Of a stretch of 64,000 nt of DNA, positions 20,885 to 31,090 are shown piece by piece. The notes beneath the pieces were generated by a model. It did no database searches. It saw only the letters and a list, made by a program, of their open reading frames with translations, and was not told the origin of the DNA. Location: positions 75,875 to 139,874 of the forward strand of contig JBBDLF010000038.1 of NCBI GenBank assembly GCA_040879025.1, read 5' to 3'. Position 1 is the first letter of the stretch; each line of letters starts with the position of its first letter. This DNA is from Pseudohongiellaceae bacterium. GTDB taxonomy: Bacteria > Pseudomonadota > Gammaproteobacteria > Pseudomonadales > Pseudohongiellaceae. A program made the translations under genes and the position numbers.

Positions 20885-22068
20885 ATACTGCTGTGATGAA
20901 AGCCCGCGTCACTACGCGAGGCGCGACGCTAACCGGCGAACGATCCGTTAATTCCCTGTTGCTGATCGCGACTATCCTGCTGGCGACAGGACTGTTAATG
21001 ATGACATCGGCCTCGGTGGAGATCGCCGAGGGTCAATATGGCGACCCACTCTACTTTCTCAAACGGCAGGGAATCTTCGCTTTACTCGGTGTATTGGTTG
21101 TGATTTTGACCCTGAACATACCGATGCAGTTCTGGTACCGGGCCAGCTGGTTTCTACTGATGGCTTCGATCGCATTGCTGCTTCTGGTGCTGGTTCCGGG
21201 AATCGGTAAAATTGTGAATGGCAGTGCCCGCTGGATTGACCTGGGCCTGTTCAATCTGCAGCCGTCAGAACTGGCCAAGGTTTTCGTAGTGATTTACCTG
21301 GCCGCCTTTCTGCATCGGCACGGCGTCGAGGTGCGTGAGCAATGGTCGGGATTTCTCAAGCCCCTTGCGGTAATAGTGGCCATTGTCGTCTTGCTGGAGT
21401 TTGAACCGGATCACGGCGCCATGGTGATCGTAACCCTGACTTGTTTCTGTATGATTTTTCTGGCCGGGGCGAAGCTGATCCGCTTTGTCGTAGTGTTGGC
21501 AATGTGCGCGGTCGGTGTTGTCAGCCTGGCTATCACGAAGCCCTACGTTCTGGACCGTTTTTCGTCTTTCATGAATCCCTGGGCGGCGGAGTACGTTTAT
21601 GGAGACGGGTATCAACTAACGCAGGCACTGATCGCATTCGGCCGCGGAAGTTGGTTCGGTACGGGTCTTGGCAACAGCATCCAAAAACTTTATTTTCTGC
21701 CTGAAGCCCATACGGACTTTGTGCTGGCAATCATCGCTGAGGAACTGGGCCTTGTTGGCGTTACGCTGATCGTGGCGCTTTTCTGCATGCTTATTGGCGG
21801 CGCTTTCGCCATCGCCATGAAGGCCCACCGCAAGGGTCTGCTTTTTCCTGCCTATACCGCCTATGGCATAGCGTTGTTGTTTGCCGGTCAAACCTTGATC
21901 AACATCGGTGTGAACACCGGCTTGCTGCCCACCAAGGGGTTGACCTTGCCGTTTCTGAGTTACGGCGGCGCCAGCTTGATAGTCAGCTGTTTCATGGTAG
22001 CCCTGCTGGTAAGAATTCAGTACGAAATTGAGCAAGCGGGCCAGTCCGCTGCCAGGGCGAGACGGTGA
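20881..22068 (+). CDS. ftsW: Peptidoglycan glycosyltransferase FtsW (SEDS family)
   Basis: The ATG at 20881 overlaps the murD stop (ATGA). The protein is polytopic with LQPSELAKV, EPDHGA, PEAHTDF and LPFLSYGGAS motifs. The ORF-track start at 20806 lies inside murD. Confidence 0.9.
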   Translation: MNTAVMKARVTTRGATLTGERSVNSLLLIATILLATGLLMMTSASVEIAEGQYGDPLYFLKRQGIFALLGVLVVILTLNIPMQFWYRASWFLLMASIALLLLVLVPGIGKIVNGSARWIDLGLFNLQPSELAKVFVVIYLAAFLHRHGVEVREQWSGFLKPLAVIVAIVVLLEFEPDHGAMVIVTLTCFCMIFLAGAKLIRFVVVLAMCAVGVVSLAITKPYVLDRFSSFMNPWAAEYVYGDGYQLTQALIAFGRGSWFGTGLGNSIQKLYFLPEAHTDFVLAIIAEELGLVGVTLIVALFCMLIGGAFAIAMKAHRKGLLFPAYTAYGIALLFAGQTLINIGVNTGLLPTKGLTLPFLSYGGASLIVSCFMVALLVRIQYEIEQAGQSAARARR

Positions 22069-23165
22069 CTGCAACGCAAATAAAGGTGTTAATCATGGCG
22101 GGAGGTACCGGGGGTCACATTTTTCCGGCCCTTTCGGTCGCCGACGTACTGAAGTCCCGCGGCATCGCAACGGAATGGCTCGGTGCAACCCGGGGAATGG
22201 AAGAGGAGTTGCTTCGGAGTACTGGTATTCCGCTGCATTGCATTGCCATGAAAGGGGTGAGAGGCAAGGGCTTGTGGCGTTTGCTACTGGCACCGTTTAT
22301 GGCGATGGCGGCAACGATTCAGGCAATGCGGGTGATACGCGCGGTTTCGCCGGGTTGCGTTCTTGGCTTCGGAGGGTATGTAACCGGACCTGGAGGAGTG
22401 GCGGCCAGACTATTGGGGAAAAATCTGTTGATTCATGAACAAAACAGCGTGGCGGGGATTAGTAACCGTATTCTGACTATTATGGCCAGTCGCGTAATGG
22501 AAGCCTTTCCAGGCACGTTTACGCCCGGTCCCAAAGTGATCCATACCGGTAATCCCGTGCGCGCTGAAATTGTGATGGCCGGGCGTATCCGGAAATATAA
22601 TCCGGAGAAGTCGCAGCCGCTTCGCATTCTGGTACTCGGTGGTAGTCAGGGTGCCACGGCGATAAACGAGTTGATTCCGGAGTTGCTCGCCAATTGGCGT
22701 AGCGAGCCGCGCCCCCAGGTGTGGCATCAGACGGGTCGAAAGCATTTAAACGCCTGTCTCGCCGGCTACCGGTCGACGGGAGTGACGCTGGACCAAAAAT
22801 GCAGGGTTGAGGGTTTCATCGCTGATATGGCGCAAGCCTACGGTTGGGCGGATCTGGTTGTATGCCGTTCCGGCGCGAGCACCGTCAGCGAACTGGCTGT
22901 GGCGGGATTGCCTTCGGTTCTGATTCCCTATCCTCACCATGCCGACCAGCAGCAGGTAACCAATGCCAGGTGGCTCAGTGATGCTGGCGCTGCGCATCTG
23001 GTTTTGCAATCAGATCTCAGCCTTACCGGGCTGACCTCAATTCTACGGGCATTGGATTTCGATCGCCAAAAGCTGATTGACATGGCGTCCACCGCCAGGA
23101 CATTGGCCGTGGACAACGCCGGGGAACTTATCGTGCAGCAATGCCTGGAGGTCTGCAATGATTGA
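22065..23165 (+). CDS. murG: UDP-N-acetylglucosamine--N-acetylmuramyl-(pentapeptide) pyrophosphoryl-undecaprenol GlcNAc transferase
   Basis: [22 protein letters not shown] and [12 protein letters not shown] motifs. The GTG start overlaps the ftsW stop. Confidence 0.9.
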   Translation: MTATQIKVLIMAGGTGGHIFPALSVADVLKSRGIATEWLGATRGMEEELLRSTGIPLHCIAMKGVRGKGLWRLLLAPFMAMAATIQAMRVIRAVSPGCVLGFGGYVTGPGGVAARLLGKNLLIHEQNSVAGISNRILTIMASRVMEAFPGTFTPGPKVIHTGNPVRAEIVMAGRIRKYNPEKSQPLRILVLGGSQGATAINELIPELLANWRSEPRPQVWHQTGRKHLNACLAGYRSTGVTLDQKCRVEGFIADMAQAYGWADLVVCRSGASTVSELAVAGLPSVLIPYPHHADQQQVTNARWLSDAGAAHLVLQSDLSLTGLTSILRALDFDRQKLIDMASTARTLAVDNAGELIVQQCLEVCND

Positions 23166-24585
23166 GCCGGCAACCACTTACCCCATTCCCGAAATGAGGC
23201 GCATCAAAACCATACACTTTCTTGGCATAGGGGGAGCCGGAATGTGTGGTATTGCCGAAGTATTATTGAACCAGGGATACAAAATATCGGGCTCGGATAT
23301 AAAAGCGTCATCAGTAACCCGGCGTCTCCAGTCGTTCGGCGTAAAAGTGTATCCCGACCACGATGCCGCGAATATCGACTACGCCGATGTCGTGGTTTAC
23401 TCCAGTGCAATCAGTTCGCGGAACCCCGAGTTGATTGCCGCCCGCGAAAGAGGACTCCCCACGATTGCCCGGGCGCAGATGTTGGCTGAACTGATGCGCT
23501 ATCGACACGGGATAGCGATTGCGGGAACCCATGGCAAAACCACCACTACGAGTCTGGTTGCGTCGGTGCTGGCGGAAGGTAATCTCGATCCAACCTTCAT
23601 CATCGGGGGGTTGCTCAACAGTGCCGGAGCGAATGCAAGATTGGGGGAAAGCCGATACCTGGTGGCTGAGGCAGATGAAAGTGATGCCTCGTTTCTGCAC
23701 CTGCAGCCAATGGTCGCCGTGGTAACCAATATTGACGCAGACCATATGGCCACCTATGAAGGGGATTTTTCCAAGGTGAAGAAGTCCTTTATCGGCTTTC
23801 TGCACAATCTGCCGTTCTATGGGCTGGCGGTGATGTGCATAGACGACCCTGTCGTCGCAGAAATTTTGCCCGAGGTTTCGCGGCCTGTATACACGTACGG
23901 GTTTTCCGCGGGGGCCGATTTCAGAATTGCCGATTTGCGACAGAAGCGACAGATAACTGAATTTGTAGTACATCGTCCTGATGGTCTCAGCACCCTGCAG
24001 TTCAAGCTTCAGATGCCCGGACGATACTACGCGCTTAACGCCACCGCGGCGGTGGTCATTGCCACCGACGAGGGACTTTCGGACAAAGCCATTGTCAGTG
24101 GTATCAACAATTTTTCCGGAGTCGGGCGGCGGTTTGAAATCCAGGGCGAATTCCCGATTGAGGACGGCCGGATTCTATTACTTGACGACTACGGACATCA
24201 CCCTACGGAGGTGGCCGCAACCATTGAGGCAATCCGGGATGGCTGGCCGGAAAACAGGATCGTGATGATCTACCAGCCTCACAGATATTCCCGTACACGG
24301 GATCTTTACGAGGATTTTGTGCAGGTGCTTTCCGACGTCGACGTATTGTTGATGCTGGATGTGTATTCGGCCGGTGAGGAAAAAATTGCCGGAGCCGATG
24401 CCAGAAGTCTTTGTCGAAGTATTCGCCAGCGCGGCAATGTGGATCCGGTATTTGTCGCTGAAGAGGCGGAGGTTCGCACAGTTCTGCAAAACATTCTGGG
24501 CGACGGTGACATCGTCGTGACCCAGGGTGCGGGTAGCATCGGAGCGCTCGCCAGGCAACTGGCAAAACAGGGTTTTGTGGATTGA
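23158..24585 (+). CDS. murC: UDP-N-acetylmuramate--L-alanine ligase
   Basis: The ATG at 23158 gives [48 protein letters not shown]-loop is present. The ORF-track start at 23077 lies inside murG. Confidence 0.9.
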   Translation: MIEPATTYPIPEMRRIKTIHFLGIGGAGMCGIAEVLLNQGYKISGSDIKASSVTRRLQSFGVKVYPDHDAANIDYADVVVYSSAISSRNPELIAARERGLPTIARAQMLAELMRYRHGIAIAGTHGKTTTTSLVASVLAEGNLDPTFIIGGLLNSAGANARLGESRYLVAEADESDASFLHLQPMVAVVTNIDADHMATYEGDFSKVKKSFIGFLHNLPFYGLAVMCIDDPVVAEILPEVSRPVYTYGFSAGADFRIADLRQKRQITEFVVHRPDGLSTLQFKLQMPGRYYALNATAAVVIATDEGLSDKAIVSGINNFSGVGRRFEIQGEFPIEDGRILLLDDYGHHPTEVAATIEAIRDGWPENRIVMIYQPHRYSRTRDLYEDFVQVLSDVDVLLMLDVYSAGEEKIAGADARSLCRSIRQRGNVDPVFVAEEAEVRTVLQNILGDGDIVVTQGAGSIGALARQLAKQGFVD

Positions 24586-24590
24586 TTAAT

Positions 24591-25520
24591 ATGAGCGATT
24601 TGCAGAAAAAGGTTCAACAGGCGGGGAAGGTCGCGCTGCTTATGGGCGGTGAATCCGCTGAGCGGAAAATCTCCCTGATGAGCGGAGAAGAGGTACTCAA
24701 AGGTCTTCGCAACGCCGGAATAGACGTAGTGCCGGTGGATGTTGGCACGGATATCGTGGAACGCCTACTTCAGATAAAACCGACAAGAGCCTTCAATATA
24801 CTACACGGAAAAGGTGGAGAAGACGGCGTACTTCAGGGACTACTGGAGTCGATGCGGATCCCCTATACGGGAAGTGGTGTGCTCGGTTCCGCCCTGGCGA
24901 TGGACAAGGTCAAGAGCAAACTGATCTGGCAGCAGTTGGGACTGCCCACCGCTGAATTCGTCATTTTGAATGAGACGACGGAGTGGCAGGCCGTAATCGA
25001 ACGCTTCGGCAAGGTGGTCGTGAAACCTGTCAACGAAGGATCAAGTATTGGTATTCGCATAGCCGATAATCCAGCCGACCTGGCGGAGGCGTGGCGGAAC
25101 GCGACACAATACGACTCGAACGTGATGGCGGAGGCCTATATCAGTGGTAACGAATACTCGGTAACTTTGCTGGGGAATAGCGTTTTACCATCGATTGAAT
25201 TATCGACCTCACATCCATTCTATGACTTTGAGGCGAAATATATCGCGGAGAATACTACCTATATCTGCCCGGCGGGGCTGGATCCGGAGGTGCAGAAAGA
25301 ATTGGACCGGTTGTCCCTGGCGGCATTTCGCGCACTTGGCTGCAGTGGTTGGGGCCGGATTGATGTAATGCAGGATGCCGGCGGAGGTTTCTACCTGGTG
25401 GAAGCCAATACCGCGCCGGGAATGACCAGCCACAGCCTGGTACCAATGGCGGCACGAGCGGCAAATATGGATTTCGAAACTTTGTTATTGAACATTTTGT
25501 TCGCGAAAGAGATGAACTGA
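24591..25520 (+). CDS. ddlB: D-alanine--D-alanine ligase
   Basis: The ATG at 24591 comes after the murC stop (the TTG at 24582 is an alternative). GGESAEREISL-like start, KPVNEGSSIG, EANTAPGMTSHS. Confidence 0.9.
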   Translation: MSDLQKKVQQAGKVALLMGGESAERKISLMSGEEVLKGLRNAGIDVVPVDVGTDIVERLLQIKPTRAFNILHGKGGEDGVLQGLLESMRIPYTGSGVLGSALAMDKVKSKLIWQQLGLPTAEFVILNETTEWQAVIERFGKVVVKPVNEGSSIGIRIADNPADLAEAWRNATQYDSNVMAEAYISGNEYSVTLLGNSVLPSIELSTSHPFYDFEAKYIAENTTYICPAGLDPEVQKELDRLSLAAFRALGCSGWGRIDVMQDAGGGFYLVEANTAPGMTSHSLVPMAARAANMDFETLLLNILFAKEMN

Positions 25521-26344
25521 TGACGCGTTATACACCCACAATGCCTGCCCCCGTCAGAACAACCAACAGTTCGGTGGTCCGCAAGGGAGCCACCCAGTCG
25601 GGCAACCAACCGTTGAAACCGCGGCGGATCAGTACCCGTCTTCGCGTATTGCTCGCGGGTGTTGCAATCGCCTTGGCGCTGTTGGTTCAGCAGAACGCCA
25701 ATGCAATTGCGAATTACCTGAATCGGCCTGTGGGCACAGCGAGGATCGAGAATGAACTGCGTAACGTAAGTGACGGTGAAGTTAGGGAATTGCTTGCCGC
25801 TTATATGGGCAGAGGCTTTTTTAGTCTGGATGTGGCCGGGGTAAAAGAAGCACTTGAAGAACATCCGTGGATCGCCCGTGCCTCGGTCAAGCGAGTCTGG
25901 CCTGGCTCTCTGAGCCTGAGCCTGACCGAAGAGCTGCCGATAGCACGATGGGGAGAAGCGGCGTTGTTGAATCAGTATGGTGAAATATTTTTACCTGAAA
26001 ATGTGGGCGATTTCACTTCCATTCCGATGCTGGTGGGGCCCGAAGACACGCAGTTCGAGGTGATGAAGCAGTACCAGGTATTGAGCCAGGCATTATTTTC
26101 TTCAGGCTTGCATCTGGATGAGCTTTCGTTGAACAGACGAGGTAACTGGGAGTTGGGTCTTGATGGGGGCGTCCATATTGTCGCCGGACGCCACCATGTG
26201 CTGGATAAACTGCAAAGGATGCTCAGGGTTTATGAGAAAGGAATATTGAACGATATGGCAACAATCCAGAGAATTGATCTGCGATATAGCAATGGCCTCA
26301 CTGTGCAGAAAATGTCACAGGACAGTGAGGTTGCAGCGAGATGA
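25520..26344 (+). CDS. ftsQ: Cell division protein FtsQ
   Basis: Basic N-terminus, one TM helix, POTRA-like region (HPWIARASVKRVWPGSLSLSLTEELPIARW), and position between ddlB and ftsA. Confidence 0.85.
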   Translation: MTRYTPTMPAPVRTTNSSVVRKGATQSGNQPLKPRRISTRLRVLLAGVAIALALLVQQNANAIANYLNRPVGTARIENELRNVSDGEVRELLAAYMGRGFFSLDVAGVKEALEEHPWIARASVKRVWPGSLSLSLTEELPIARWGEAALLNQYGEIFLPENVGDFTSIPMLVGPEDTQFEVMKQYQVLSQALFSSGLHLDELSLNRRGNWELGLDGGVHIVAGRHHVLDKLQRMLRVYEKGILNDMATIQRIDLRYSNGLTVQKMSQDSEVAAR

Positions 26345-26399
26345 GCTGTGTCCGTAATCTGAAAATGGTAAACGCGCGAAGTGCATGGGAGCCCTGGCT

Positions 26400-27635
26400 A
26401 TGAGCGAAGCCTCTGGCGAGAACTTGATCGTTGGGTTGGACATAGGCACCTCCAAGGTGGTGGCCATCGTTGGAGATATCAAGGCTGACGGCAGCCTCGA
26501 TATTGTCGGCATCGGCAGTCATCGTTCCCGTGGGTTGAAGAAGGGGACGGTCGTTAATATCGAATCCACCGTGGAGTCGATACAGCGCGCCGTGGAAGAA
26601 GCGGAACTGATGGCAGGCTGTCAGATCCATTCTGTTTATGCCGGTATAGCAGGAAGCCATATTCGAAGCATGAATTCTCACGGCATCGTTGCCATTCGAG
26701 ACGGCGAAGTAATGAAGCCCGACATAGAACGAGTGATCGATGCCGCTCAGGCGGTTGCGATACCGGCAGATCAAAAAGTGCTTCATATACTGCCGCAGGA
26801 GTACATTATCGATGCACAGGAAGGAATCAAGGAGCCGTTGGGCATGTCCGGCGTGCGTCTGGAGGCCAAGGTACACCTGATCACTTGCGCAATAAATGCC
26901 GTTCAGAATATTGAAAAGTGCATCAAGCGCTGCGGGCTCGAAGTAGACGACATTATTCTGGAACAACTGGCATCAAGTTATGCGGTACTGACGGAAGATG
27001 AGAGAGAACTGGGCGTATGCCTTGTAGATATCGGCGGTGGTACGACAGATATAGCCGTTTTCACTGAAGGGGCAATCAGGCACACGGGGGTAATTCCTAT
27101 CGCCGGTGACCAGGTGACGAATGATATAGCGATGGCTTTAAGAACGCCGACTGAGAACGCTGAAGAGATAAAAATCAAGTATGCCTGTGCTTTAACCCAG
27201 CTAGCCAGCGCAGACGAAAAAATCAAGGTTCCGAGCGTGGGGGACCGCGCTCCGCGCGAGTTGTCACGACAAGCTCTTGCTGAAGTGGTTGAGCCTCGCT
27301 ATGACGAGTTGTTCACCCTGGTGCAGGCCGAATTGCAGCGAAGCGGATATGAAAACCTGCTCGCGGCGGGAATCGTGCTTACAGGAGGAACCAGTAAAAT
27401 GGAAGGAGTTATTGATCTGGCGGAGGAGATTTTTCACGCTCCTGTGCGGATAGGCGCTCCTCATAATGTGAATGGATTAGCCGATATTGTTAGGAATCCT
27501 ATTTATTCAACCGGCGTGGGCTTGTTGTTGTACGGACTCAAACAATATCAGGAACGGGATGGACATAATTCCAGAAAGGAACCACGGATTCGACTTGTAG
27601 AGAGAGTAAAGAAATGGTTTCAGGGAAATTTTTGA
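26400..27635 (+). CDS. ftsA: Cell division protein FtsA
   Basis: LIVGLDIGTSKVVAIVG, DIGGGTTDIAVF and the C-terminal amphipathic helix VKKWFQGNF. An alternative ATG is at 26385. Confidence 0.9.
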   Translation: MSEASGENLIVGLDIGTSKVVAIVGDIKADGSLDIVGIGSHRSRGLKKGTVVNIESTVESIQRAVEEAELMAGCQIHSVYAGIAGSHIRSMNSHGIVAIRDGEVMKPDIERVIDAAQAVAIPADQKVLHILPQEYIIDAQEGIKEPLGMSGVRLEAKVHLITCAINAVQNIEKCIKRCGLEVDDIILEQLASSYAVLTEDERELGVCLVDIGGGTTDIAVFTEGAIRHTGVIPIAGDQVTNDIAMALRTPTENAEEIKIKYACALTQLASADEKIKVPSVGDRAPRELSRQALAEVVEPRYDELFTLVQAELQRSGYENLLAAGIVLTGGTSKMEGVIDLAEEIFHAPVRIGAPHNVNGLADIVRNPIYSTGVGLLLYGLKQYQERDGHNSRKEPRIRLVERVKKWFQGNF

Positions 27636-27683
27636 ACAGAATTCAGTTAACGCACCACGAATTTAGGATTGCAAGGGGGCTAT

Positions 27684-28835
27684 ATGTTTGAGTTAGTCGA
27701 AAATGTTCCACAAAGTGCGGTGATCAAGGTTATCGGTGTGGGCGGTGGTGGCGGCAATGCCGTCAATCATATGATCAAAAACCAGGTGAGCGGTGTGGAC
27801 TTTATTTGCGCCAACACCGATTCACAAGCGCTGAGCAGCATCAAGGTCAAAACCCAGCTGCAGATGGGCAGCAACATCACCAAAGGTCTGGGCGCGGGCG
27901 CGAATCCGGAAATCGGTCGCCAGGCTGCGATGGAAGACCGGGATGAGATTGCCGATATTCTTTCTGGCGCGGACATGATTTTCATAACGGCGGGAATGGG
28001 TGGGGGCACCGGAACCGGTGCTGCTCCGGTGGTTGCAGAGGTTGCCCGAGAGATGGGGATTTTGACGGTTGCGGTGGTTACCAGGCCTTTTCCTTTTGAA
28101 GGCAAGAAACGGGCGGCTGTTGCTTCCGAAGGAATTCGCCTGTTGTCTGAAAGCGTGGATTCCCTGATTACTATCCCGAACGAGAAACTGCTGGATGTGC
28201 TTGGGCGTGAGGCTTCCCTGCTGGACGCGTTCCGCGCTGCAAACGATGTGCTGCTGGGAGCAGTCAAGGGCATCGCCGATCTGATCATGCATCCCGGCAT
28301 GATCAATGTGGATTTTGCCGACGTAAAAACCGTGATGTCCGAGATGGGGATGGCGATGATGGGGACAGGTTTTGCCAGCGGCCCGGATCGGGCGCGAGAA
28401 GCAGCGGAGGCGGCGATTCGCAGCCCCTTGCTGGAGGATGTCAATCTGCAGGGTGCCCGCGGTATTCTGGTGAATATCACGGCGGGCGAGAATCTGTCGT
28501 TGGGAGAATTCGCGGAAGTGGGAGATACCATAGAAGAATTTGCGTCAGATGACGCTACAGTAGTAGTAGGCACGGTCATTGATCCTGAGCTCGATACCGA
28601 GATGCGGGTGACCGTGGTGGCCACCGGCCTGGGTGGCAAGGACCGCCCGACCAAGGTGGTGGACAATACGACAGGCAGGGGCATGGATTACCGCCAACTG
28701 GATCGGCCCCCGGGCATGCGGGCCAAGCGCCGGGCCACAGGTGGCCAGCGTCAGGCAACGATGGGAAAGGCCGTGGGAGCGGATGACCTGGATTACCTTG
28801 ATATTCCGGCATTCCTGCGTAAACAGGCGGATTAG
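27684..28835 (+). CDS. ftsZ: Cell division GTPase FtsZ
   Basis: The ATG at 27684 follows AAGGGGG. GVGGGGGNAV and the tubulin signature GGGTGTGAAPVVA are present, with the C-terminal peptide DYLDIPAFLRKQAD. Confidence 0.95.
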   Translation: MFELVENVPQSAVIKVIGVGGGGGNAVNHMIKNQVSGVDFICANTDSQALSSIKVKTQLQMGSNITKGLGAGANPEIGRQAAMEDRDEIADILSGADMIFITAGMGGGTGTGAAPVVAEVAREMGILTVAVVTRPFPFEGKKRAAVASEGIRLLSESVDSLITIPNEKLLDVLGREASLLDAFRAANDVLLGAVKGIADLIMHPGMINVDFADVKTVMSEMGMAMMGTGFASGPDRAREAAEAAIRSPLLEDVNLQGARGILVNITAGENLSLGEFAEVGDTIEEFASDDATVVVGTVIDPELDTEMRVTVVATGLGGKDRPTKVVDNTTGRGMDYRQLDRPPGMRAKRRATGGQRQATMGKAVGADDLDYLDIPAFLRKQAD

Positions 28836-28840
28836 CGCAG

Positions 28841-28864
28841 CTGTCCGGGGCCGGCCCCGGACAG
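28841..28864 (+). terminator. Perfect 24-nt palindrome after ftsZ (possible attenuator; no U-tract)
   Basis: CTGTCCGGGGCC/GGCCCCGGACAG sits 6 nt after the ftsZ stop. No T-run follows, so this is at most a partial or Rho-assisted terminator. Confidence 0.35.
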
Positions 28865-29013
28865 ATCGGGAATCAGGTCACAAAACCGGGAATCATGTAG
28901 CCGGGATGTATAACAACTTATTGGGTTCCGATTACATATTTGTTACTATGCAGCAGCTTCGCTGACGGGGCTTCTGGCCAACACATTTTTCTAAAAGGGT
29001 TATAATCGGCCGT

Positions 29014-29925
29014 ATGCTTAAGCAAAGAACTTTAAAAAATGTCATTCGTGCCACCGGCGTTGGACTCCACACCGGTGGCAAAGTCTATCTGACCCTCCGG
29101 CCCGCGCCCCCCAACACGGGGATAGTGTTTACGCGGGTGGATCTTGACCCAGTGGTCGAAATCGCTGCCAAGGCCGCCAATGTGGGAGATACCACGCTGT
29201 CCACGACTCTGGTCAAGGGCAACGTCAGGATTTCCACGATTGAGCACCTGATGTCTGCGATGTCCGGCCTTGGAATCGACAATTGCTATGTCGATGTCAG
29301 TGCGCCGGAAGTCCCCATCATGGATGGCAGCGCCGGCCCGTTTGTGTTTCTGATCCAGTCTGCCGGCATAGAAGAGCAGAACGCGCTGAAGAAGTTTATT
29401 CGCATCAAACGAAAGCTGAAGCTGACACAGGACGATAAGTCTGTCAGCCTTGAACCTTTCAACGGGTTCAAGGTTTCCTATACGTTGCTATACGATCATC
29501 CGGTTTATCGCAAGTTCACCAAATGCGCGACAATCGATTTCTCCAGCACCTCCTTTGTGAAGGAAGTCAGTCGTGCCCGTACATTCGGATTCATGCACGA
29601 ATTCGAAGAGCTGCGCAACCGTAACCTGGCCTTGGGCGCAAGCATGGACAATGCGATCGCCGTAGGCGACTACAAGGTGCTGAACGAAGACGGTCTGCGT
29701 TACGAAGACGAGTTCGTCAAGCACAAGATACTGGACTCTATCGGCGATCTCTACTTATTGGGCAACAGCCTGATCGGGGAATTCAAGGGATATAAATCTG
29801 GACATGCTCTTAATAATGCATTATTAAGAATGCTGGAAGTTAACGAAGACGCCTGGGAGATTGTCAGCTTCGACACAGAGACAAATGTTCCCATCTCCTA
29901 CATGAAGCCAGTGCTGGCAGCCTGA
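29014..29925 (+). CDS. lpxC: UDP-3-O-acyl-N-acetylglucosamine deacetylase
   Basis: [42 protein letters not shown]. Confidence 0.95.
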   Translation: MLKQRTLKNVIRATGVGLHTGGKVYLTLRPAPPNTGIVFTRVDLDPVVEIAAKAANVGDTTLSTTLVKGNVRISTIEHLMSAMSGLGIDNCYVDVSAPEVPIMDGSAGPFVFLIQSAGIEEQNALKKFIRIKRKLKLTQDDKSVSLEPFNGFKVSYTLLYDHPVYRKFTKCATIDFSSTSFVKEVSRARTFGFMHEFEELRNRNLALGASMDNAIAVGDYKVLNEDGLRYEDEFVKHKILDSIGDLYLLGNSLIGEFKGYKSGHALNNALLRMLEVNEDAWEIVSFDTETNVPISYMKPVLAA

Positions 29926-30043
29926 GCTGCTGGCCGTCGCTACCAAGCTAACTATCTGATATTCAATACTTTTAGTTAGGCGACCGTTTCTTGCAGTCAC
30001 CCAAGGTGTTTTCTTCGGGGTATTGTCGGAAATTCGCTAACTA

Positions 30044-30973
30044 ATGAAAATCATCCTCGTTGATCAACGTCACGGCCACACCCGCACTATAATCCTCAAA
30101 GGCTGGGTTAAAGGCCTGCTTTCCGTTTGCCTGCTGGGAGCCCCTGTGGCGTTGGGGTATTTCGGCTATGAACTGGCTATCTCCAACAGTGACTCCGTAC
30201 TCCACTCGGAAACCGCGCTCGACTGGGACAGGCAGTTACAGGAACAATCCGGACAACTGGTCGATATCAAGCAGCAGTCCGAGGAGCAACTGGAGGCGCT
30301 GACTTTACGGTTGGCCGTGATGCAGGCCAGATTGGTCAGGCTTGAGGCTGTGGGCGACAGAATTACCTCGATTTCCGATGTCGACATGGACGAGTTCGAT
30401 TTTTCCCGGCCGGTTGCTCTCGGGGGCCCGGACACCGGGTCATCAGGTGGCTATGAGAGCGCCCATTTTTTCAGTGCCATAGAGGAACTGGAAGCTCAAC
30501 TGGCCAGTCGTCAGCAGCAACTTGAAATTCTTGAGGACCTGCTGGTGGACAGGCAGGCACAATCCGACGTATTTATCGCCGGCCGACCCGTGGAACGCGG
30601 CTGGATCTCATCCCGTTTCGGTCAGCGAACAGACCCCTTCAGCGGACAGCCCGCCTATCATCAGGGTATCGACTTCGCTACCGGCCAAAACGGGGTTGAT
30701 ATCAATACGGTCGCCTCCGGCGTGGTCACCTGGTCGGGTGAACAGGCCGGGTACGGACTGATGGTGGAAGTCAATCATGGCAATGACTACACCACCCGCT
30801 ATGCACATGCCGAAAAACTCCTGGTCAGTATTGGTGATATCGTCAAGAAAGGGCAACCCATCGCCCTGGTGGGAAGCACGGGCCGTTCCACCGGTCCCCA
30901 TGTTCACTTTGAAGTCTACAAGAACGGCAGGGTCGTCGATCCGGCCGCCTATATTCATCGCACCGTCAGATAG
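30044..30973 (+). CDS. M23 family metallopeptidase with N-terminal anchor and coiled coil
   Basis: LytM catalytic motifs YHQGIDFA and GPHVHFEV are intact. It has an N-terminal TM segment and a Q/E/L-rich coiled coil. Confidence 0.85.
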   Translation: MKIILVDQRHGHTRTIILKGWVKGLLSVCLLGAPVALGYFGYELAISNSDSVLHSETALDWDRQLQEQSGQLVDIKQQSEEQLEALTLRLAVMQARLVRLEAVGDRITSISDVDMDEFDFSRPVALGGPDTGSSGGYESAHFFSAIEELEAQLASRQQQLEILEDLLVDRQAQSDVFIAGRPVERGWISSRFGQRTDPFSGQPAYHQGIDFATGQNGVDINTVASGVVTWSGEQAGYGLMVEVNHGNDYTTRYAHAEKLLVSIGDIVKKGQPIALVGSTGRSTGPHVHFEVYKNGRVVDPAAYIHRTVR

Positions 30974-31090
30974 CCCCCCAGTCGGTCACATCCTGACAAC
31001 ACGGCCCAGCCAGGTCTTTTCGTGGCATGGTTGTCATTTCGGCGCAGGATGAATTTCCGTGCCCCCAGTCATGTATAGAAGAAATCGATT

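Noticed and set aside
27767-28684. 305-aa ORF antisense to ftsZ. Similar long antisense ORFs occur opposite ftsI (14434-15240), murC (23311-23973), ftsA (26298-26966), secA (31100-31957), argJ (34299-35148) and aceE (52464-54035).
   Set aside because: Each lies entirely inside a confidently identified, highly conserved gene on the other strand. Their compositions are Ser/Pro/Arg/Ala-rich and typical of antisense frames in GC-rich DNA. I recognised no motifs and no plausible RBS.
30974-31090. Short repeat GCCCCCAGTC occurring twice in the M23-secA spacer.
   Set aside because: It is only 9-10 bp with no surrounding similarity or symmetry, which is compatible with chance.
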